The position numbers were made by a program, and so were the translations under genes. This document shows, in pieces, positions 55,029 to 64,000 of a stretch of DNA of 64,000 nucleotides. The stretch covers positions 12,524,001 through 12,588,000 of the forward strand of contig JBHGNT010000001.1 of the NCBI GenBank assembly GCA_043228905.1. Direction: 5' to 3'. How positions within the stretch are numbered: position 1 is the stretch's first letter; each line of letters begins with the position of its first letter. Below the pieces are notes generated by a model. It worked only from the letters and a program-made list of their open reading frames with translations. It had not been told where the DNA came from and did no database searches. The stretch is from Azolla caroliniana (Eukaryota; Plantae; Polypodiophyta).

Positions 55029-58000
55029 TGTTAATCCTTAGGGCCGGACAATGGCCTAACATAGGGTGTCTCCGGAAGACACTTCACCAAAGGGGTGTTA
55101 CGGCGAGATAACTTAAGACACAACGATTAATCCAACTTAATTGGCTACTTAGCAATAAGGCATTCACTTAATACACGCGTAAGATATACCAATTAATACA
55201 GAACGGTAATCAATACGTGAAGATGAAACAAGAAGCTTATATTAATTCTCCGTTAAAGTTTTACATTGTAACCGAGCCTTTATATAGGTCACCGGTGTTG
55301 CGTACAAAACGGTGCCAACCGGCACCTGTTCGAAACCGGTCCGTATCTAGATCTGCATATCGATTCCGGTCCGTCCGTTCACTACATAATTATAATCTAT
55401 TCTACTTAATTAAAATAGATTCCGAATAACCATCCCTTTCACATTCTGGTCTTTACTCCTTTGTCGGCCGGGTAACACATGGCACGCCCGTGGGACAGTA
55501 CCTTGTACGTCGAATCCCACTATCCGGCCCTTAGCCTTCGTCCAAGATATCCAGAATACTCTGCTCCAGGGTATCCAATGGTTGTTCGGAGCTCTGTTGT
55601 TGTTGTTGCTGCGGCTGCTGTTGCTGCTCCTCCGATCGTTGCTCCTTAGATGGTGTCTGTTCGGCTCCCGGTACCGGCGGTTGTGGCGGTGATTCCTCTG
55701 TTGGCTACTCCGCCGGATTTGACTCCGGTTGACTCGCCTCGGCCTTGTCTCCGTCCGGTCCTTGCTCCGGTGATGGCTCCTCATCGCTGAGGTTGACAGT
55801 CACCGCCTGCTTTGCTTCTTCTCTCTGTAGCCTGGTCCGTTCATAGCTTTCAAACTGGATTTGAGCATCCAGTCGATCATCATCTAGTTGTGCTACAAGT
55901 TGCCAGACCACTGCTTACTGTTTCCTCCGCCAGAGTTACAAAATCCTCGGCTAACTCATCTCTTATGGCGGTGAAGTCCTCCTTTGTTAGCATGTAGCAG
56001 TCGTAGCCATCCTTCTGCGGGTTTTCCGTGTTTGCCATTAGCAACTGAAGCTCGGCTGTTTGCTTTGCCCATTTGTCCCACCATTGCGCGGAGCTTTCGT
56101 CAATCAAGAGTTTGGTCTTGTTCTTCCATGCCTGGACAATGAACTGGATCCGCTCCAATCCCATCTTTGATTTGTCCTCCGCGGCTTGTCGTTCGTCCTT
56201 CAACTGCTTGATCAAGGCCACCGTATCCACCTCCTGCTCCTGGTAATGTGACAATTGGGTTTGATAGGTGTTCTGCAGCCTTTGCAATACCATTGTCGCT
56301 CTTTACTTCTCTTCATAATGCTGCTTATGGAGCTCCATACGTTCCTGTGCGGCTTCCTCCAGCAACGTGGTTCTTTCAGCCTGTTCCTCCGCTAGCGCCG
56401 TCTCAACTCGATGCACCTCCTGCCGGAGCTCTGCCATCTTCTCCTGTTGTTTCTTGTGCTCCGTATCTAGGTGCTTGTAGTCCTGGTGGAGGTGCTCAAA
56501 ATCATCGGTCTTCTGCTTCAGCTTTTGGTTGAGTTGCTGGCGAGCGTGGTCTTCCCGATCCTTCTGTTGATGGAGTTCTTCTTTCAGTCTTTCGATCTCT
56601 GTTTCCGCCATCTGTCGCAGCTTCTCCTTTTCTTGCAACGCCTTCTCTTTCTCCTCCTTCAGCCGGTCATAGGGCTGATGTCCTTTCTGCAGATTCTCTT
56701 CTGCCTGGCGGAGGTTCTTAGCAGGCTTTCGTTGCTCTTCTTCTGCCGCTTTCTTCAAGTCCCGCTCTCGGGTAAGTAATGCTTCCTGTGCGGCCAGTTC
56801 ATCTCTCAATTCAGCAAGCTCTTTTGCTTGCATCGCCACTATCTCTGGGACTGGTTCCATCTCTGGAGTCTTATTGCTATGTACAAGTGCCAATGTTTCT
56901 TTATTCTGTACATCTACCGGAGTCACCAGTGCTTGGATCGGTGGCCCGGTTAAGGCCATTTTGGCCAATTCATCTGTGGCCAAGTCCAAGTCTTGTTGTA
57001 AGCTTCGGATCCTTGACCGAGCCGTCTCTAGTTCTCCGGTTGTGACGAACAACCGGTCCACCTGCGCTTTCTCTTCCGCCTCTATGTAGTGTACCACTCC
57101 GGCAATCTGTTCTCCAATCCACCGGTGCCCTATTGTTGCGTCTGCCCAGAGGGGTGGCTGTTGTGTCGCTGGCTAGTGGTCGGTTTTGTCCGGTTGCGTT
57201 GAGCTGCAACTCTAGCTCTTGTTGGTGACCACTTTGCCGCTCTAGTTGCGGCTCCGTTGGCCGCTCTGCCTCTGAATGCTCTTGGCCTGCCGGTGGGGTA
57301 GGCAACTGTACTTCCGATGCTTGCATTTCGGGTCTTGCCGTATCCTGACCCGCCGGTAGAGGTTGTTGATCTGGGAGCTCTATGACCGGTTCTGTCCGAA
57401 CCGGTTCCGGTTCCATCCTTGGTGTGGGTTGCTCAGTGCGGGGGACAGGCATTCCATCCTTCTTTGGGACCGAACGCTCCCCGGCCTATTCGGAGGTGCT
57501 CGCCTTTTGGCGCCGCTGGAGGTGCTCTAACGGTTCCTCCACCGCTTCCTCCTCCTGAGTCCCGATGTTGATTTTCGTTGCCAAGGGGTCCGACGCTTGT
57601 TGAACCGGTCGGTGAAGCCTTATCTTGATTGGCCGTGTCGGTGGCTCCTCCTGCGTTTCCGCTTGCTACTTTCTATTGGCGCGCTCCTTTGCCACCTGGT
57701 CCGTGTCGGCCGCCTTCCCTTTGGTTGCCTTAGAAGCCAACAGCTACTTCCGTTTCGAGGCCATTTTCAGGGTGCCTTCGGTTGTTCTTCCTTGCTTCGT
57801 GGTCTTAACGGGCTCGATAGGTGGCGCCAATAGGGTGAACCATTGCGCCACTGCCGTCCATATCTTCCGACCCTCCTTGCCTCTAACAGAGTCGATGGCC
57901 GCATAGAGGCCATCCGCAATCAGTACCGGCCAGTCCACCTTCACGCCTTCATATGTTGCTATGGTTAAGTCGGCCCAGTTCTGAGGCATGCACGTGGGTC

Positions 58001-61000
58001 GAGGGTATAAATGTCCAAATTCATGGAGCACACGGGCAATCTCTCGAAAGAGTGGATCTTCGCCATCTTGTGTCTGGTAGGCCTTGCTGGCCAGGGAGTA
58101 TTCCTCAAAATATTTTTGGAGCTGCTCCGGGGTAGGTTTGTTGATAGTGAAGATGCCCCCCTCCGGAAGGCCAATCAATGCATGGATGGCCTCCTCAGTG
58201 ATAAGCTCTGTGTCGATTTCGTTGACTATCTTCTCCGCCTCCCGGTGCGGTGGTGCCTCCATGATTGTGAGGAAACCTTCTAACCCGTGTTGCCTTAGCC
58301 ACTTCTTGGCTACTTCAGAGAGTGCTTGGCAGTCCATGGCTTCTTCAAGGTCGGTGAGCGCTAGTGAGGGGTGTGTTTGAGGAGGCTGTGTGTGCGTGGG
58401 CTCGCGTCTGCTAATCTTCAATCGCCTGTGCTCGTTTGTGCTCCTCTGTTCGCGAAATGTGAAGGCTTCCACGCGGTGGGAGTTTTCTTGCTGCATGTTG
58501 CCGCCTTTTTTTTGACTCGCGCGTGTGCATGTCGTGTACTAAAATAGAATGACGTGCCATGTGGCGGCGGTTTAATATCCTATTAATAGCCCGTTCACCC
58601 CTCGCCCTTGCATGATTTACTTTGATTTGATTTGATTTGATTTATTTCTTTTTTTATATTTTTTTATATTTTTTTTAAAAGATAAAAATGGTTTTGTTAA
58701 TTCGCATCCGGTCCCACTGGACCCCTATCCGGATTGTGGAACATGCCGGCCGTTGGACTGCTTGTCGTTGCGTCGTTGTTGTCGTTTGCCGGCTCGTGCT
58801 CCCTCTTGCCGATTGCTGAACGTGTTGCCGTCTCTTCCGACTTACTGGTGTCTCGTTCTATGTCGGCCTTTACTTGTTCAAATGGGTTTCTTGGCATGGG
58901 TCCATGGTATGGTTTGAGTCGGAACCCATTGACCCATTTACCCAGAACCTCGCCGGCGAGTGTGCCTAATTGGTAGGACCCGTTGAACTCACACATAATC
59001 CAGTATGGTCCGGTCCACCGAAACCGTAGCTTTCTTGGCATCTTACCCATCTGGGTCTGGAATACTACTACTGGTTTACCGATTCCGAACATCTTTTCGT
59101 TCCCTTTTCGGTGACGATCCACGAACGCCTTCCTTCGCCGCTGATCTAGCTCTAGGTGCATGATGCTAGCTAGCCGATGTTCTATCAATTCGCACAACGC
59201 GGCTAACCGGATAGCTTCTGATTCCTTCTTATTTAGGCATTCCCGAATCTATATTCGTAAACTCGGTACTTGGAACTCTATCGGCATCACTGCTTCCAAT
59301 CCGAATGCTAGGCGAAACGGTGTTGTGCAGATACTTGTCTTATATGCTGTTCGGTAGGCCCAGAGTGCACTGTGTAGCTTTGTATCCCAATCCGTCCGGT
59401 TCTCATTGACGATTTTCCGCAGGATGTTCTGTAGTGTTTTATTTGTTGACTCAGCTAATCCGTTGGGTTGCGGATAATAGGGAGTGCTCCGTTTGTGCAC
59501 CACCGCATAAAATGTCATCAAACTTTCCACTACTTGCCCTAAGAAGTGCCCACCTTGGTCATTTATGAGCTCTATCGGACATCCATACCGGCACCAGATG
59601 CATTCATATAAAACTTTTGCCGTGGATGCCGCGGTGTTGTCGCGTAGTGCTTTGGCTTCCACCCATTTTGTGTAGTAATCCGTAGCGACGATCACATACC
59701 GGTTGCTGGTTCTCATTGCCGGTGGTTTGAATGGCACGACAAAATCCAACCCCCATTTTTGAAATGGTTCTAACGGTAGCATGGGCTGGTGAGGCATTCT
59801 GGCTTGTTCGGTTGGTTGGCCCATTCATTGACATAGGTCGCATTCTTTAGCGTACCGTACTGCATCCTTCAATGTTGTCGGCCACCATAGTCCCTCATTG
59901 GACCAGGCGAACACATCGCGAAATTCTTTTAGGAGTGTGATCATTGCCGTTTTGTTCTCCGGGGTCATTTCTTTGGCGATGTGCACTGGTCTTGTGTCCT
60001 TTGTGGTACCTAGGTTTACCTCTTCTAGTTCGGATGCTTTCACGCGCTGCGAGACTGCCATTTCTTTTTCTAGTGCCTCCTGTGCTTGCCGTAATTCCCG
60101 GATTGCTTCTTTATCCGGTTCCTCGTCGGTCCCGTCCGGTTGCAGTATGTACGGTGATACTGCTTCCGCTACATCAATCTCGAACAGAGGTACGATCTTC
60201 GGATTTTCCTGTAAGTATTGATCAACCTCTTCGTCTGCCAATCCTTCCAGCATGTTGACACATTCAGCATATAGCGGCGTTGATTCCTTGCCGGTACCGG
60301 ATCGTGGTTGAGTCGGTACTCGTAATTTCACCTTTCCACGTCGGAACGTAATTATATTCTTCCTCTACTTTTAACCAAGGACGTCCGAACAATAGGGGGT
60401 ATGCTCCTTGAGCCTGTAGCTGGAGAACTACTGCGGAAATGCGAAATGTGTGACCCCCGATGGTCACTTCCAGATCACGTATTAATCCGGTCGGCCGTAC
60501 TGAGCTTGTGTCCGCCATTCGAAGCCAAAACGGGCACGGTTCCCAGTCATGGATTCCTAAAGTGTTACATGTTCGGAGGCTGATCACGTTCAGGCCGGAT
60601 CCTCCATCGATAATCGTGCCCGGTAGCTCATTTCCTTTCACGATGGTTGTGATTGCTGGATTGCTCGTGTCCACCACTACCGGTCCTTCCTCCGGATTCG
60701 AAAAGAATGCCGGAGCCGGTGGTGTGTCAGCTGCCGTCCTTCCTGTCTTCAGTCCTTCCGTGAAGCGTGGTACTAGTTGCAATAGCCGGCCTAACGACAA
60801 TGTTATTTGGCATTCTTGTAATGCCTGCCACGTTGGGTTTTCGGGCTGCCCCGGGCCAGTGAGCTCTTTGGCATTCTCCTTTTGTTGTTCGAGCTCTGTC
60901 GCATTTTGCTCATTTGCCTTCTTCACCCATTCGGTTGCCTGCTTCCGGATGGCTTCTTGAGTTTCCCACTCCGTGGCTTTGCCTTTTGATCTCGTAGTGA

Positions 61001-63326
61001 CTTGTTGTATGTCCGCGACTTCCGCGTCTACCATGTTCACCATTGGTCGCTTGTCGTAGCTCTTTGCCAGACATTGATTACTATAGTGGCCTTCTTGCCG
61101 GCAATAATAGTAGCACGACTTCCGGGTGTTGCTGGATTCGGCGTGTGTGCTTGGTGGAGGTCCTGTGGTAAGTGCTTGGTTTTGGTCCGGTTGGTTGCTT
61201 GGAGCGCCCTTTTCCGATTCCCGTGGATGACCCCCCTTTTTGTTGAAATGACGTTTCTTGAAATTCTTTTTGTTTTGGTAACCTTGACGGTGTTGGTCGT
61301 CATACTTGCCATAGTCGTCCCGTCGGTGGTTGTAACCAGGGGAGTGATCTCGGTTGTATCTCTCATACCGTCCATTATAGTCTTGGTATCTATCATGTCT
61401 GTCATACCGGTCATAAGCGTCTCTTCAATCGCTGTACCGGACATCTTGTGCCGGTCGATAGCGCTCCTCTCGTCGCCAGCGTTCTTCTTCTTCCTCCTGG
61501 TTGCTCCGTGGTTCAATTTGCCGAACCGGTGGTGCTTGCCGATTTAACAAGTTATACTCAGATCGTTCGATTGTGTGACTTCTAGAGTGGCAGAGCAAGC
61601 ATTGGGAACGCATGGTGCATTCCAGTGCCGAATGTCCGACATTCAGGCATGTCGTACATTGAATTGCTTGCCGGAAATGGAGGTCCTCTTCCATTGGTAG
61701 TGCACGCTGAAGTGCGCCCATGGTTAGCCATGAACTTGAGGTTTCCATTTCCCGAACTCGATCGATCACTTGATCTATGCTGCTAGTGCGGAAATCAATA
61801 ACGGTACACACCGTACGTAAGGGTTCCTGGAGGGCTGCTAAGAATATGGCCTTTGTTTCTTCCTCCGGTGGTGTCCAACTGAGCTGACTATGGATCCGCT
61901 GAAACCGGATGACAAACTGCTGAATGTTCTCCGTTGGTTCCTGCCGGATACTGTAAATTAAGCCTACCATTTCCCGTTGGTCCATCTCCTTGTGAAAGAA
62001 ATGCAAATTGTTTGTCTTTAATGTTTCAAACGTGGGGATGGTGCTAGGATCTTGTGTTCGGTGCCATCTGGCAGCCGGTCCCTCCAAGGTCATGCCGAAC
62101 TTTGCCCTTTTTGAGCGTTCCTCTTCGGCTGCATTTAAGCGTTGGGACACATGGTTCGCCTCCCAAGTTTGCTGAAACGCATGGACGTGGGCTTCCGCGT
62201 CCAGATCATCCAAGTATCTGGGATATTGGAACGACATATCGTCGTCTGGTGTCGGTACATGGGTTGGTGGTGTTGGTGGTCATTCCTCCTCTTTTGGTGT
62301 CGGAGGTTTTTCCCGGTCTTCTGTCGCCGTCGGAGGTGTTTCCTGCTCCTCTTTCGGTGTCGGAGGTCTCTCGTCCTCGACTTCTAGTTCTGGAGTGTGG
62401 TCGCCTTCCGGTACCGGAGGTTCCAGCCTTGTCAATTCTAGTTCGGGTGTCGGCAAGGTATCCGACTCCTCATCCTCTGGTCCGCCTGGGGTGTCGTTAC
62501 TGCTACGGTAGTTCATCTGCGCGCTGTATTCCCCATCCGAACCTGATTCAAATGCCGAAAATGCTTCAGATTCGCCTTCCCTTGCTGCCAATGCCTGGAG
62601 AAGAGATTCCGCTTCCCAGAGGCTGCTTAGGCTGCTTCCTTCGTCCGGGTAGGCGTTTTGTGGTAACCGAAGGGACTCCTTGACCACTCTTCGGATCAAC
62701 TTGGAAAATGAGTGATCTGCTTTGATTTTTTCTACCGCTTGCTAGAAAGCCTCTCGCTTCCTCAGCCGTTTAGCAAGTCTCATTGCTTGCTCCGTAACCG
62801 GGTCGTTCGTTGGTCGCATCATCCATTCCCGCCAATGTTCGTTGCGATTGTGCAGGAATCGTGGTCGCCAAGAACTGTGTTAATCCTTAGGGCCAGACAA
62901 TGGCCTAACACAGGGTGTCTCTGGAAGACACTTCACCAAAGGGGTGTTACGGCGAGATAACTTAAGACACAACGATTAATCCAACTTAATTGGCTACTTA
63001 GCAATAAGGCATTCACTTAATACACGCGTAAGATATAACAATTAATACAGAGCGGTAATCAATACGTGAAGATGAAACAAGAAGCTTATATTAATTCTCC
63101 GTTAAAGTTTTACATTGTAACCGGGCCTTTATATAGATCATCAGTGTTGCGTACAAAACGGTGCCAATCGGCACCTGTTCGGAACCGGTCCGTATCTAGA
63201 TCGGCATACCGATTCCGATCTGTTCGTTCACTACATAATTATAATCTATTCTACTTAATTAAAATAGATTCCGAATAACCATCCCTTTCACATTCTGGTC
63301 TTTACTCCTTTGTCGGCCGGGTAACA
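55029..63326 (-). mobile_element. Non-chromoviral Ty3/Gypsy element J: gag-PR-INT plus extra 3' ORF, RT and RNase H absent
   Basis: 449-bp LTRs 55029-55477 and 62878-63326 (roughly 15 differences by eye). TSD ATGAT/ATTAT. PBS TGGCGACCAC (62870-62861). Gag with CCHC knuckles 62699-61040, PR IDGGSG ~60600, INT 59900-58697. Confidence 0.93.
55705..58496 (-). pseudogene. Extra ORF of J: helical domain resembling the plant mobile domain, Pro/Glu-rich linker, long coiled coil; disrupted
   Basis: Segments 57744-58496 (ITEEAIHALIGLP, VDWPVLIADGL), 56970-57452, 56303-57097 and 55880-56293 (E/K/Q heptads), all on the same strand as pol. Confidence 0.6.
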
Positions 63327-63598
63327 ATTATTTATTTGGGAAATTTGATTTTCAATCAAGGTGTTTGAATTGATGTTTCTCAAATAGAGAAAATGAATCC
63401 TCAATCTATTCTTCATAATGTCCCAAAACAAACATAATTCATTCCTCTATTTTCCTAAATTTCTATGAAAGTCAATTTGTAAATTTTCACAATTTAAAAG
63501 GTAAAAAATGCAACTTGGCGAAACCAAATCCATAAAATGATGATCTAGTTTATTGTTTCATCGATCTCAAAGAACGTGTTTATATGTCATGACATCAT

Positions 63599-64000
63599 AG
63601 GGTGCTTTATATAAGGTCACCCTCTCTCTACATTCTCTCACTAAAATGCCTACTCTCTCTAGAACCTTGGGGAATGTGGAAACTCATTAGTTATGGGGAA
63701 TATGGAGCTCATTAGTTATGTGTCATAGAATATGAATCTATGACACATAGTTAATGTGTAGAAAGTAGTGGTGACCTTTGACCTTCGAGTGCTCATAGAT
63801 TCTCAAAAGGTGTGTTCACACACTAGACTAGGTTGAGCTTGATTCTCAACACGCCCCCTCAAGCTCAACATTGGTTGGCTTTCGGTTTTCGACCTTCCGA
63901 TGGTATCCACCTTAGTTGATGTCCGCTTCGGTTGGTATCCGGTTCTCTCTTGTACTTCCCCTCAAGCTTGGCAAATCAAGGATCGTCAGTCCAAGGTTTG
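63599..64000 (-). mobile_element. 3' end of another D-family Copia element: truncated 3' LTR (to 63851), PPT, RNase H end
   Basis: Matches the D LTR from GGGTGCTTTATATAAGGTCACC to GATTCTCAACA, followed by CGCCCCCTCAAG and the reverse complement of LGLTILDLPSLRG. Confidence 0.88.

Overview
Eukaryotic nuclear DNA from a land plant. A non-flowering plant such as a fern is my guess, from the atpB residues and TE types, and is inference only. Most of the window is nested LTR retrotransposons: two young Ty1/Copia elements inserted in older Copia copies, several Ty3/Gypsy elements and remnants, two Gag-only tRNA-Trp-primed LTR elements and three hAT-type MITEs. It also holds a plastid atpB fragment and two apparently intact host genes (a QALGGH C2H2/EAR factor and a zf-HIT DEAD-box helicase of the RH41/DDX59 type). 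Three observations stand out. (1) A spliced, decayed gene for a bacterial-style beta-class N6/N4 DNA methyltransferase with a ParB-like N-terminus (27.7-30.1 kb). (2) Two divergent Gypsy elements that have no polypurine tract next to the 3' LTR but an antisense, bipartite tRNA-Arg binding site, suggesting plus-strand priming by a second tRNA. (3) tRNA-type Pol III A/B boxes lying antisense in the U3 of three different LTR families. All coordinates and comparisons were made by eye, tRNA assignments rest on remembered plant tRNA 3' ends, and no searches were run.
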